From: Octopus bimaculoides
Lineage: Eukaryota
Direction of reading: 5' to 3'
DNA length: 64,000 nucleotides
Assembly: GCF_001194135.2 (NCBI RefSeq)
Contig: NC_068981.1
Span: 76,746,160-76,810,159 of the forward strand
Shown piece after piece: positions 13,677 to 27,231 of the stretch. The position numbers were made by a program, and so were the translations under genes. The notes beneath the pieces were generated by a model. That model made no database searches and had not been told where the DNA came from. It saw nothing but the letters and a program-made list of their open reading frames with translations. The first letter of the stretch is position 1. The number at the start of each line of letters is the position of its first letter.

Positions 13677-14214
13677 GTGTGTGTATATGTGTGGAGAACA
13701 TCAAGGAAGGATGTACAAATTACCTACAATACTGGGTATATTATTTCTCCATTCATCAAAACGCCGGGTAATCGAGTCGGATACCGAAAAGAACCAAAAG
13801 GCAAAAGATCAGGGATTTATGAACGGCAATCAACAATGTCTTGCTTCTGGATTTAATACACAAGACTTTCAAATGCCCAATCGTAAATTGGTATTCCATG
13901 CAAGTGCATTTGGTGAGATTATCACTTAGAGTCGGAAAAGTAACTTAGAATCGCTGGCAGAAATTCCATCATATTTTAATCTAATCTACATATATCTTAA
14001 CTTTTCAAAGATTATCATAACAGATGTGTTAGCTAAAGAAAAATCATTTTGACTCTGCGCTGAATATGTTTCAGTTATCGATTATCGGTATTTCATATTG
14101 CATTTCAAAGACTAACCTTTCACTTCAGAGTCTGAGTTTATTTGTATTTCAATCAAGTACTAACTCATTATAAAGTTTATATGAGACCATAGATTATTTC
14201 CCACCGCATCCATG

Positions 14215-14465
14215 GCAGAGCTTTTCTTACACCCACTGGCATATGAGACAGCAACCAGATAAACACCACTTGATTTCTTGGCATAAGGTCTGTCCAACAT
14301 CCAGCTTACTTTCTTGCTATCTTTTTTTTTACTACAACTATTCTACCGTTACTAGATTGATTTTTGCACTGGTAGAAGTGTTGTTTGTGACACTAAGAAC
14401 ATACACTCTTTCTCTCATCACTCTCCAGCCTCTGAGATGTCGGCCTAACCACTACGTCTAGTCCT
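14215..14465 (-). mobile_element. Decayed LINE apurinic endonuclease (APE) remnant, RTE-like
   Basis: The minus frame LDVVVRPTSQRLESDERK...HFYQCKNQSSNGRIVVVKKKIARK*AGCW resembles the N-terminal APE region. Contains stops. Confidence 0.4.
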
Positions 14466-16383
14466 TCCGGAGTTCTTACCTCTTATTTTCTTACTGCAGT
14501 TATTGACTTGTAATAGTTTAAGTGAAAACAACGGTATCCATCCTATCATCGCGAAGGGACTTCAAAACATATGAGCACTGTTTCTTCTTGCAGGCGTAAG
14601 TAATAAAAAAGAAAAATCAATGCAATGTTACTTGTGCCTTTGGCAAAAAAATCAATGTTTCAATATGCACCCATATGCCATGTCGCAAAATCTGAAATGT
14701 AGATCTACATCAGGAAATTTGCTTCGGTTGCTGTCGGTTTCGGCCCAAGTTTCCTTGATCACTCTATTCTATGATCAACGGTTATAACTATGAGAGTGTC
14801 ATCTTATTTTAGACGTAGTACCGTTTGGAATATAACGTACACTGGTTGTAGACTTCACTGGTCACTTGGGTAACAATGTTACAAGCATTAGAGCCAGGCG
14901 TTGTTGTTTTAAGTATGGCCTTATAACTTTTGATAAGTCGCTATAATGTCATTCAAAGAAGTTTTGACAATTAAATTCCTTTCGGTCGAACAACCGTTAA
15001 GAAGTTCTATCTTTGGCGTGGTAGTCGATGAGGATGAATTTGGGAGAAATATAAATATTTCCGACAAACTACATCCCTCTATTCAATTTTGTGTTTAAAC
15101 TCTGCTAGGCTGTCAAGATAGGTATATATGATGATGTAAATTCAATCACGTATTTATCTTTCGTACTAACATTGATTTTATGTTTATGAAATTTATATTT
15201 TTTCTAGGGCTACGAGGACCGTCAGCTGGCAATAACAGTAATTTACTAAAAGGAATACATATGATCTTAAAGAATTTACTTTCGGTCTTTTCAACTCATA
15301 GTCTTGTCATATATTTTTTTTGTTTGTTTGTTTATATTTCTGACGGTAGCGAGTAGAGAGGTGAACATTATCGGGTAAAAACATAACTCTCTACCAATGA
15401 TGAAATGGCTTCGATAGACCCTTGTGTATAGGCAAGTGATAATCATTACACGAATACTGTCGAAACATTAACAGTACAAGTAACAGTACAAGGGGAGACC
15501 TTCTTTTTTCTACATTTACCGTTTCTGCTGATGGTATTTGTCAATAATCTGTTCTTAATTCATATTATTTATTTTCCATTTAGTTTGCTGAAATTCCGAT
15601 TCCCTTCACTTTTGTAATTTGGTTAGTGTTTTTTTTTTCCTTTTTTTCTTTTTGTTGCTATGATATTTTTTTCTTTTTATTTCATCAAGGAACTCTAAAT
15701 ATTTAAATTCAGTACCAATAGAGTATCGATGCCTTACTCTGTGAATAGTTGATGTGATGATAGCAAAGAATGCTCCGCTTTCATACACATGCAGGTACGT
15801 ATACACAAACACACTCACAAACGCACATACACACACACACACGCACACACACAAACACACACACATACACACACACACGCACGCACACACACGCAAACAC
15901 GATCACAAATATATGAACCAACACGCACAAACAGCACATACACAAAAACAAAATACAAATCTAGGGAGTAAATTCAGTCGGATAAAAGTACTGAGGTAGA
16001 AGAAATGCAATCAAACATCCTAAATATTTACTTTTTTTTTTCCATCCTATAAACCAGGTTTTCCCTATACATGTTTGTTTGCGAAGTGGAGATTCATTTT
16101 TCTGCATTCCCTTTTCTATTCCATTCTTTACATCATTTTCGCTTTTGTTTCTTTTTCAATTCATTATCTTGTGTTTGATTTGATGCATTTTATTACACAC
16201 ACACACAGACACTCACACTTACACACAAACACGCTCATAGGTATATGTATGCATATCATGTAAAAAACGTACGCATCTGTAGGTACGTAAACTATCTACA
16301 TATGCTCAGGCATACGCATACACACACATACACACACACATGGTATATCATATATATATGTATTTATATATGTATGTATGTAT

Positions 16384-16451
<68 letters not shown>

Positions 16452-17100
16452 NNNNNNNNNNNNNNNNNNNNNNNNNNNNNNNNNNNNNNNNNNNNNNNNN
16501 NNNNNNNNNNNNNNNNNNNNNNNNNNNNNNNNNNNNNNNNNNNNNNNNNNNNNNNNNNNNNNNNNNNNNNNNNNNNNNNNNNNNNNNNNNNNNNNNNNNN
16601 NNNNNNNNNNNNNNNNNNNNNNNNNNNNNNNNNNNNNNNNNNNNNNNNNNNNNNNNNNNNNNNNNNNNNNNNNNNNNNNNNNNNNNNNNNNNNNNNNNNN
16701 NNNNNNNNNNNNNNNNNNNNNNNNNNNNNNNNNNNNNNNNNNNNNNNNNNNNNNNNNNNNNNNNNNNNNNNNNNNNNNNNNNNNNNNNNNNNNNNNNNNN
16801 NNNNNNNNNNNNNNNNNNNNNNNNNNNNNNNNNNNNNNNNNNNNNNNNNNNNNNNNNNNNNNNNNNNNNNNNNNNNNNNNNNNNNNNNNNNNNNNNNNNN
16901 NNNNNNNNNNNNNNNNNNNNNNNNNNNNNNNNNNNNNNNNNNNNNNNNNNNNNNNNNNNNNNNNNNNNNNNNNNNNNNNNNNNNNNNNNNNNNNNNNNNN
17001 NNNNNNNNNNNNNNNNNNNNNNNNNNNNNNNNNNNNNNNNNNNNNNNNNNNNNNNNNNNNNNNNNNNNNNNNNNTATGTATGCATATATATATGTGTGTG

Positions 17101-17133
<33 letters not shown>

Positions 17134-17569
17134 GCATATATACATACATATTTATGTGTGTGTGCGCGCATGTGTCTAATGTACCTGTGTGTATCTGGCT
17201 CTAGGTTTTTGTTCTTGCTTTCAAATCTTGCTTTTACTTCTTGCATTCTTCATTTCAGCTATTACATTTTTTCCCCAACTTACTCCAAGAATTTCTGTAT
17301 GTTCTTATATTGTTACATTTATTTTATATCCAACAAGCTGTCTATCTAACTTTCTATCAAGGTATAGCTTTTTCGCTCTTCCTTTCTACCTATACAAACG
17401 CACACATACAAAACCACAAAGAAACACTCCAAAAAGCACACACATAAGCATGAATTTGACTTCATATATACTAGTACACATGTAAAATCTTAAATAGATG
17501 TATCACAGCAGTCTTCTATATAATACACATACACACACACGCACATACACACACATATACATACATACA

Positions 17570-17605
<36 letters not shown>

Positions 17606-17684
17606 TATATATACATTTGTATAAATACGGTTACTCACAACGGTGTTCCATATAACATATACATATTATCTATCTATATATCCA

Positions 17685-17795
<111 letters not shown>

Positions 17796-17800
17796 AATTA

Positions 17801-18135
17801 CAGTTTCGATTCCCAGACCAGGGGTTGTGTGTGTTTTATTGAGCGAAAACGCCTAAAGCTCCACGAGGCTCCGGCGGGAGGTAGGGGCTGGGGGCGAACC
17901 CTGCTGTACTCTTTCTGCACAACTTTCTCTCACTCTCTTTTCCTGTTTCCGTTGCACCTGTATTTCTAAAGCCCAGCCTTGCCACACTCTGTGTCACGCT
18001 GCATCTTCCCGAGTACTACGTTAATGGTACACTTGTCTGTGGAGTGCTCAGCCACTTGCACGTTAATTTCACGAGCAGGGTGTTCCGTTGATCGGATCCA
18101 CTGGCACTCTCATCGTCGTAACCGACGGAGTGCCA
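17801..18135 (+). mobile_element. SINE family B variant (B box, distinct body, shared tail)
   Basis: B-box-like gtttcgattccc. The tail gtggagtgctcagccacttgcacgttaatttcacgagcagg...gtaaccgacggagtgcca matches the copy at 26388-26710. Confidence 0.85.
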
Positions 18136-18175
<40 letters not shown>

Positions 18176-18880
18176 NNNNNNNNNNNNNNNNNNNNNNNNN
18201 NNNNNNNNNNNNNNNNNNNNNNNNNNNNNNNNNNNNNNNNNNNNNNNNNNNNNNNNNNNNNNNNNNNNNNNNNNNNNNNNNNNNNNNNNNNNNNNNNNNN
18301 NNNNNNNNNNNNNNNNNNNNNNNNNNNNNNNNNNNNNNNNNNNNNNNNNNNNNNNNNNNNNNNNNNNNNNNNNNNNNNNNNNNNNNNNNNNNNNNNNNNN
18401 NNNNNNNNNNNNNNNNNNNNNNNNNNNNNNNNNNNNNNNNNNNNNNNNNNNNNNNNNNNNNNNNNNNNNNNNNNNNNNNNNNNNNNNNNNNNNNNNNNNN
18501 NNNNNNNNNNNNNNNNNNNNNNNNNNNNNNNNNNNNNNNNNNNNNNNNNNNNNNNNNNNNNNNNNNNNNNNNNNNNNNNNNNNNNNNNNNNNNNNNNNNN
18601 NNNNNNNNNNNNNNNNNNNNNNNNNNNNNNNNNNNNNNNNNNNNNNNNNNNNNNNNNNNNNNNNNNNNNNNNNNNNNNNNNNNNNNNNNNNNNNNNNNNN
18701 NNNNNNNNNNNNNNNNNNNNNNNNNNNNNNNNNNNNACACGCACGCACATATACAAGCATACAAACACATACACACACACACACACACACACATAAATGC
18801 ACAAATATGTATATGAAAAGATGTAATTACGCGAGCATGTATGTATATATCCATTTACATATATTGAGAGAAGAGAGATA

Positions 18881-18926
<46 letters not shown>

Positions 18927-19681
18927 CAGAAAGAAGAGAGACAGAGAAATAGACAGACAGTCAGACAGACAGAGAGTCAGAGAAACAGGCAGACAGAGTG
19001 ACCTTTATGCGTATGCAAATAAGCATTTTGGGTGTGTCGTACGCACTTGAATGTGTGTGTAGGTGCGTGTTCATATATGTGTGGGTGTTTATTAGGGCGT
19101 TTAATGAAACAAACAGCCCTCAAAATCTAAATAAATCGGAATATTAATCTTCCGTATGTATAAATTTCTTTAAGGAAATGAAATCCACGATTCAAGGTAT
19201 CACGGGGAACATCAAAGAAATATGTACGTATATNNNNNNNNNNNNNNNNNNNNNNNNNNNNNNNNNNNNNNNNNNNNNNNNNNNNNNNNNNNNNNNNNNN
19301 NNNNNNNNNNNNNNNNNNNNNNNNNNNNNNNNNNNNNNNNNNNNNNNNNNNNNNNNNNNNNNNNNNNNNNNNNNNNNNNNNNNNNNNNNNNNNNNNNNNN
19401 NNNNNNNNNNNNNNNNNNNNNNNNNNNNNNNNNNNNNNNNNNNNNNNNNNNNNNNNNNNNNNNNNNNNNNNNNNNNNNNNNNNNNNNNNNNNNNNNNNNN
19501 NNNNNNNNNNNNNNNNNNNNNNNNNNNNNNNNNNNNNNNNNNNNNNNNNNNNNNNNNNNNNNNNNNNNNNNNNNNNNNNNNNNNNNNNNNNNNNNNNNNN
19601 NNNNNNNNNNNNNNNNNNNNNNNNNNNNNNNNNNNNNNNNNNNNNNNNNNNNNNNNNNNNNNNNNNNNNNNNNNNNNNNNN

Positions 19682-19756
<75 letters not shown>

Positions 19757-19782
19757 CATATATATGCACATATATATGTGTG

Positions 19783-19813
<31 letters not shown>

Positions 19814-20263
19814 ATAACATTCTAAAGGAAAGGAAAAAGCTTTAACATAACTTGTTCATTTTCATTTGAAAGATTCATGGTGAAAAAACTTATTTAAAAC
19901 AATGAATCTATTTACGTCACTATCTTTTGTTTATGCGGATCGTAACGTAATACACAAGGGAAGAAGGTTAATGTGAAAATAGTTACCCTAGAATGTTTAT
20001 TTCTTTCTAAATATCTTACATGATATACCTCGTATGTTTATCCATTCCTTAACATTTTTTAACGTAGTTTACGGTAGTGTTTACATCTCCCGAGATTTTG
20101 CTGCCTCCTTCTCTCTCTCCCTCTCACTCTCTCCCCCTCTCTCCCCCTCTCTCATTCTTTTTCTCTCCCAGACATTCGGATACGTACATATACATGTAGA
20201 CACATCTCACACAGAGAAACGTAACACATTCATACCTACCTATATATATATATGTATATATAT

Positions 20264-20725
20264 GCCTGTGTGGTAAGAAGCCTGCTTTCCAACAGCATGG
20301 TTCCGGGTACAGTCCCACTGCGTGGCACCTTGGACAAATGCTTCCCTGAGCATGGACAAATGCTTCCCTGGGCATGGATGAATGCTTCCCTGGGCATGGA
20401 CACATTGGGCACCTTTTTGAATTTCGTATGACAAACCAGCACCCATGACTTTCGAAAACTTTTTTCATGCCCAGATTTATTTAAGTATAGGATAAACTAA
20501 CCACGTCAGTCGTTAGCTGCCGAGACACTACATCCTTCAAAACTTCCATGCTTCCTGTGAAATCCACCAACAGTACACCTAATGGCTTCTTTTTTCTCAG
20601 CTGAGCATTGTATACAACAATTTCTTTCATATTAGAAGTGTCTTCTACTATAGCATGCAGCCGACCAAATCTTTGTGAGTGGATTTGGTTCACAGAACCT
20701 GAAAGAAGGCTGTTGTGTATATATA
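20264..20725 (+). mobile_element. SINE family A 5' portion interrupted by a ~300 bp insertion
   Basis: The head runs 20264-20337 and resumes at about 20636 with aagtgtcttctactatagc...gccgaccaaa...gtgagtggatttgg. Confidence 0.8.
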
Positions 20726-21349
20726 TTTAGACAGATCACAGAGGCTAAACACATACCAATAAACAAACCGAGCCTCAAGAGAAAATCCGATTGAAACAAT
20801 AACACCCACCACAACACCACACAACATGATGACTTAAGTCAGAAGGGAGAAAAAAAAACAGATATTAGCAATGTAATACACACACAATAGATAAATATGG
20901 ACGTACCTATGATAAATATAAATATAAGAAATACAGATAAATAATAAAAAAGAAAGCAGTATAAAGGGCACGGATACAAGAAACCTAGTAAGCGAACCCA
21001 TATACACACGCAAACACCCATACAATAACTTCATAAACGGCTGCAACAACATCAACAATGCGACCAACAATGACAACAGCAACAGCGGCAACATCAACAA
21101 CATCAACAACAACATGGGCGAGCACACAAACACAGTGATACAGGTGCGGTACCAAAAGTCGGAATGAAGACCAGCAGCAGTGGCAACAGGGGAGGAGGAG
21201 GGGCTGAGGGTAGGTCATAGTACTACTAAGCACAACCTCACACACACACATACACATATACAGACGCAAACGCAATCGCACATAAAGATACACATCATAA
21301 AAGAACAGAATGGATTAAGCGGAGCATGAGCACACACGAGGACAGAAAA

Positions 21350-21394
21350 TGTCACTGAAGAGATCAAAGATGTGTGACGAAAGATTTCTGGACA
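21350..21394 (+). ncRNA. Partly decayed type I hammerhead ribozyme motif
   Basis: tgtca-CTGAAGA-G-atcaaa gatg tgtgac-GAAA-gattt-C-tggaca. Confidence 0.6.
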
Positions 21395-22199
21395 ATGAGA
21401 CATGAGTTAAAATAAGAACAGTAATAAACGAATGAATAACGAATATATAATTCGTGTGTTTATTTGAGAAAAAAAAAAATATATATATCCGTTTCAATAC
21501 ACGGTTTCACAACAAGAAATTTGCAACGCAACTTCATAAACGTGTGTGCATACATATATATATATATATATATATATANNNNNNNNNNNNNNNNNNNNNN
21601 NNNNNNNNNNNNNNNNNNNNNNNNNNNNNNNNNNNNNNNNNNNNNNNNNNNNNNNNNNNNNNNNNNNNNNNNNNNNNNNNNNNNNNNNNNNNNNNNNNNN
21701 NNNNNNNNNNNNNNNNNNNNNNNNNNNNNNNNNNNNNNNNNNNNNNNNNNNNNNNNNNNNNNNNNNNNNNNNNNNNNNNNNNNNNNNNNNNNNNNNNNNN
21801 NNNNNNNNNNNNNNNNNNNNNNNNNNNNNNNNNNNNNNNNNNNNNNNNNNNNNNNNNNNNNNNNNNNNNNNNNNNNNNNNNNNNNNNNNNNNNNNNNNNN
21901 NNNNNNNNNNNNNNNNNNNNNNNNNNNNNNNNNNNNNNNNNNNNNNNNNNNNNNNNNNNNNNNNNNNNNNNNNNNNNNNNNNNNNNNNNNNNNNNNNNNN
22001 NNNNNNNNNNNNNNNNNNNNNNNNNNNNNNNNNNNNNNNNNNNNNNNNNNNNNNNNNNNNNNNNNNNNNNNNNNNNNNNNNNNNNNNNNNNNNNNNNNNN
22101 NNNNNNNNNNNNNNNNNNNNNNNNNNNNNNNNNNNNNNNNNNNNNNNNNNNNNNNNNNNNNNNNNNNNNNNNNNNNNNNNNNNNNNNNNNNNNNNNNNN

Positions 22200-22246
<47 letters not shown>

Positions 22247-22254
22247 TGTGTGTG

Positions 22255-22292
<38 letters not shown>

Positions 22293-22389
22293 CATCTGAA
22301 TGTAAACGCATACACACACTCACGCAGACACACATACATACAGCACAGAAGCCGTTTGGCGTGTGGTTGTTCATATACATAACACTGGC

Positions 22390-22850
22390 TACTCCAATTT
22401 ATCACTCTGTGGAACTGAACCGGAAGTTTGCGTTGTAGAAAGAATTCCTTAAACACAGTCATGTCACATACAACGAACAGTTCACAACATCAGTACTATT
22501 GGTGGTCAATGCGTAATCATCAGCAAGTGACATATTTCTCACTGAAGTATGCATAAGCTTTGGTCTTATCTGTGAATCTGTCTTGGGATCTTGCTTGACT
22601 TCACAAACACTCACTGATTTGTGGGTCGGCTTCATTAACATCGCTAACAACATGTAAAAGGAGAAAATGCTGGAACTATCACGCAAACCTGCTTAACGTC
22701 CACTACAATGTCAATTTCTGGAGAGCTGGTAATCCCCTACATGAGATGATTGCCTGTTGGGGAATAAACTCTCAAAAAATTCAAACCTTCTTAGTGCCTG
22801 TTGTAGACCAAATGGGATTACCGTGATGAATACTTTCATAAATGAACAGA
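22390..22850 (-). mobile_element. RTE-clade LINE reverse transcriptase remnant
   Basis: Minus frames give IVVDVKQVCVIVPAFS (cf. GVKQGCVLAPTLFS) and RNMSLADDYAL (cf. RELLFADDCAL; ADD at about 22516-22524). Confidence 0.75.
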
Positions 22851-23065
22851 GACGGGATACAATTTCTTCTCTTGTTCTACACATTTCTTTTGGATCTGAT
22901 ATGCGAAAACTATACACACACACACACCCACGTATATATAATTTAATAACAGTTTTATTAAATAATATACGTAACACCTACCAAAAGTGTTGAGTACCAC
23001 TTTCTAACGTTTGTCCAATAACAATTATATATTTTTCTTCACTGCTAAAAATATTATTCTCCAAA

Positions 23066-23232
23066 TAGGCACCGGAGTGGCTGTGTAGTAAGAAGCGTGC
23101 TTCTCGATCACATGGTTCCGGGTACAGTTCCACAGTGGGGCACCTTAGGCAAGAGTCTTCTACTATAGCCTCGAACCGACTAAAACCTTGTGAGTGGATT
23201 TGGTAGACGGAAACTGAAAGAAGCCCGTCGTA

Positions 23233-23272
<40 letters not shown>

Positions 23273-23480
23273 TTTGTGTGTCTGTGTTTGTCCCGCCACC
23301 GACCATCGCTTAAAAACAGATGTTGGTGTGTTTACGTCCCCGTAACTTAGCGGTTCGGCAAAAGTAGCCAATAGAATAAGTACTAAATTAATCAGTCCTG
23401 GGATCAATTTTCATCGATTAAACCAGGTGCTCCACCATGGCCGCAGTTGAATGACTGAAACAAGTAAAAGAATAAAAAAG
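23066..23480 (+). mobile_element. SINE family A, full length
   Basis: Collinear with the reverse complement of 11441-11850, from head to tail. Confidence 0.9.
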
Positions 23481-25421
23481 TATACACACATGTATACACA
23501 TGGGCTCATCAAGCTTGACTGTATATCTAATCACTCCAGTCTAACCACTACATCTCTGAAGATCGTTAGGAAATTCGTTCTTTCATTTAACCAGAAGAAG
23601 CAGTGTAATGAAAGCACAGAAAGAACATTTCGTTTTTTCACGATAAACAATTGTAAGAATATGTGTTCCTACTAAGCATGATATTATACTGTACAGCAAA
23701 TATTCATTTACGTTTAATATTTTCGCTGGGAAATAAACATTTTGTGAGTATAATTTGATTAAAACTAGATAATTAAAGTGTGACTTTTTGAGATCCTGTG
23801 AATCTTATTACCATATATAGGATGTCATGATCCAGTAAATGTATATGTGTAAATGTATTTTTCTGTTCATCAGACCCAGACAGACAGACGGAATGATAGA
23901 TACAGCCATACATTGATACACAGACAGATATGCGTGCATGGGTGTATGTAAATATATATAAACATACATATATATGTATGTAAATATATATGTATNNNNN
24001 NNNNNNNNNNNNNNNNNNNNNNNNNNNNNNNNNNNNNNNNNNNNNNNNNNNNNNNNNNNNNNNNNNNNNNNNNNNNNNNNNNNNNNNNNNNNNNNNNNNN
24101 NNNNNNNNNNNNNNNNNNNNNNNNNNNNNNNNNNNNNNNNNNNNNNNNNNNNNNNNNNNNNNNNNNNNNNNNNNNNNNNNNNNNNNNNNNNNNNNNNNNN
24201 NNNNNNNNNNNNNNTATATATATATAAGAAAGCATTTCGTGAATATTACCTGAAATAGATTGTCTTCCTAAAGAACGAATGATATTCTTATCTCTTGTTT
24301 TTCTGGTGAATTAGAATGGTGAGTTATATAATAAGCAATAGCCCTTGCTATCTCCTTAAGCTAATGACACGCACAAACACACATATGCATGTACATATGA
24401 TTGTATGTGTATATGTGCGTGTGTGTATGTATACACATATATACACACATATGGATGTGAATATGTAAATCCACGTTTTGTCCATACTTATTTGTTCTTG
24501 AATTGTTTTAATCAATTGACAATTAGGGGACTTCTAGCGTGTATTAATGCTACTGTAGTTATCCATTAACTTAAACTCGGTTCCTAATATAAAGTTTTAT
24601 TCCCGGACATGGCAATTCTTACCTGAAAAGTGCTTCGCACCATTATTTCTATAGCTCTGTTATTCTTGTTCTCAGTGATATATACAAAAAATTATGCATT
24701 GTTTTCTACTGATGGAAAACTTGGAAGTCATGCGCTTTCCCAAACACCATTCAAAATGAATACATTTTACCAAGTTTCCGAAAGAGTGAAATTACTATAA
24801 GTATCACGATGTAAATGTTCGAAATTTATGGTTTTAGTACTTGGGGAAATCTTTAAACTGAGCCTGCTTAACTTAGGAATGCCAGTAATTGACAAGTCTC
24901 TTAAACATTAAAATGTTAAATGGATGTTTTTTTTTTTTAAATTCGTTATTAACGACGGGGCAGCATTAGTTCCGAATTGCAAGATGTACATCTTACTTAA
25001 CTTGGATATACAATAAGAAATTCACAATAGTTAGTTCCGTCACAAATGACGGATTTTTACAGATATATGCAAATCCACTGATTTGTTTATCACTGTTTCT
25101 CCATATCCACTGGAAAGGAAATATATCTTAACATGCGCTTCATTGCAGATACTTGCTAGCAATGACAAGTAAACGCAAAAATCTCGGTACCTAGCAAATA
25201 CACTGCTGTTGCTGAACACTTTTGTCCGTTTTTGATACTTGAGTGCTTTTTAGCGCTATATGTCTATGCGAGATGTTTTCTCAAGACGACATTACAGTAT
25301 TGCGGTTTTCTTAAAGTACATCCATGCTAAGGAAGATATACAGATTTCTATGCGTAAAATTTTCCATTTTCCATTTTGTAATAATTTTCTTTTTTATGTA
25401 GTCAAATAATACCTTTTCTTT

Positions 25422-25600
25422 ACCACGCTGGGCAAAATACTTAGTGGCAATTTATCCATCTTTACGTTCTCAGTTCAAATTCTGAGCAAATTGACTCTGC
25501 CTTTCATTTCATCCTTTCGGAGTAGACAAAGGTACCAGTGAATCACTGGGGGTCGATGTAATCGACTTACACCTTTTCCCTATTTATCTACCTATCTATT
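25422..25600 (+). mobile_element. SINE family C, diverged
   Basis: ttacgttctcagttcaaattc...catcctttcgg...ggggtcgatgtaatcgact. Confidence 0.7.
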
Positions 25601-26387
25601 TATCAATACGCGTGCGCGCGCGCACGTGTGTGTGTCTGTGTTGTATGTGTGTTTGTGTTGTGTGTTTGTGAATATTGTGTGTATATTGCATGCACTTGAA
25701 AGAATAATTTTAGTATGAAGCCTGTCATTGAATTCATAACACTCCATGTTCTTCAATTTACTGCAAATATATTAATAACATTTATATATATTTTCGCACG
25801 AAGTTCGTTAGAGTTTGTCTATTTATTGTTTCATTTTTTTTTCTGGCGAAATACATAAACAACTCTTATTATGAAATTAGCGAAGAATCATCACTACAGC
25901 TAACTGTTGAAAATATAATTTTAAAAAATTGTTCTTAACTCTTTTAGACACTGTATAACACAAATACGTTTCTCTTTCTTAACATAGACAAATCATGAAT
26001 CTCACTAAAAAAAATTGCTGCTGCTATTACTGTTTCCTATTCCTTTCCAGCTCCTCCCCGAGTGCCTGGAATTTCTGTCTCCGATTAACTTCGGTGCGTT
26101 CTTATTTTCATGTTCGTGTGTCTTCCGATAGCAACACGATGATTGAGTAGCTTTATCCTTCTGCTAGGGGTACCAAAATCTTCAGAGTATTTCAAGAGTT
26201 TTTATTTTTATGTTTAACCACCACGGACAGTGGGAAACGTTTGTTATGTTTATACAATCTTACCATAGACAGGAAAAGCAGAATTGATTGAAAGACAGTT
26301 TTGGGCCTTTTTATGCCTTCATCAGTAATCGATTCCCTTGCCTCTACGAAATCTCATTTAAAATGATTCTTGCTATACTTACGGCTA

Positions 26388-26710
26388 GGTGAAGGCACTT
26401 GGCTTAGTGGTTAGGGTATTCTGCTCACGATCGCAAGGTCGTGAGTTCAATTTCCAGCGACAGGTTGTGTCCTTGAACAAGACACCGTCTTTCATGCTGC
26501 TCCAGTCCACTCTGCTGTCAAAAATGAGTAGTACCTGTTTTTCAAAGGGCCACCTTGTCGCACACTGTATCACGCTGAATCTCTCTGAGAAGTACGTTAG
26601 GGATACACGTGTCTGTAGAGTGCTCAGCCACTTGCACGTTAATTTCACGAGCAGGCTGTTCCATTGATCGAATCAATGGAACCCTCGTCGATGTAACCGA
26701 CGGAGTGCCA
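26388..26710 (+). mobile_element. tRNA-derived SINE family B, full length
   Basis: A box tggcttagtggttagg, B box gagttcaatttcc, gtgtccttgaacaagacac, and a tail ending in accgacggagtgcca. Confidence 0.9.
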
Positions 26711-27231
26711 GTTCTTACGATTAACTCACATAGACGAATATCAAGAATTAACACAGACGTAAAAACACATACATACTCACTCACTCACTCACTCATTCAC
26801 TCACTCACACACACACACAACATTGTATTGTACTGAATTTAAATACAAACATTACAGCTAACCTAAAAAAGGCGGTACCTGGTCGGGATGATGGAATTTA
26901 CAGTTAAACTGGGAGATACTATTTCAAAACAGATGTTCTAAAAATAGATAGAAAAAATTCCATGTATTGTATGAGAGATGAGCGCATCATTGGTAGAGAA
27001 CTATCAGTGGAAAAGTGAAGATCTATAATTAGGTTCAAATAGAAAGAATTTAGTCATATAGTGGTCTGTAGAAGAATGCATGCGTATGAAGGAATGGGTA
27101 GTAGTAACAGATACTCAACAAAATTGAAAGGATCCGAAAATACCTTTTATTTGTTAGAATAGTGTTGCTGGATATATATAAATTTACGGAAAATATTTAA
27201 AAAACAAAGTATGTAACTGGCATCGATAACC

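Noticed and set aside
20331-20411. Short direct repeats (also 9423-9460 and 39725-39770) as a CRISPR-like array
   Set aside because: They are head-to-tail units with no spacers or cas genes, in a eukaryotic context.
24850-25320. hAT transposase-like peptides (VINDGAALV; LCEMFS)
   Set aside because: The matches are short and scattered among stops, too weak without an HMM search.
26288-26332. Minus-strand CTGATGA-aggc...gccc-AAAA-ctgtc
   Set aside because: The GAAA is mutated and stem I is poor. It is at most a dead relic.
26388-26460. tRNA-like sequence
   Set aside because: It has A and B boxes but is the head of a SINE with body and tail; there is no complete cloverleaf. The same applies to the family A and C heads.
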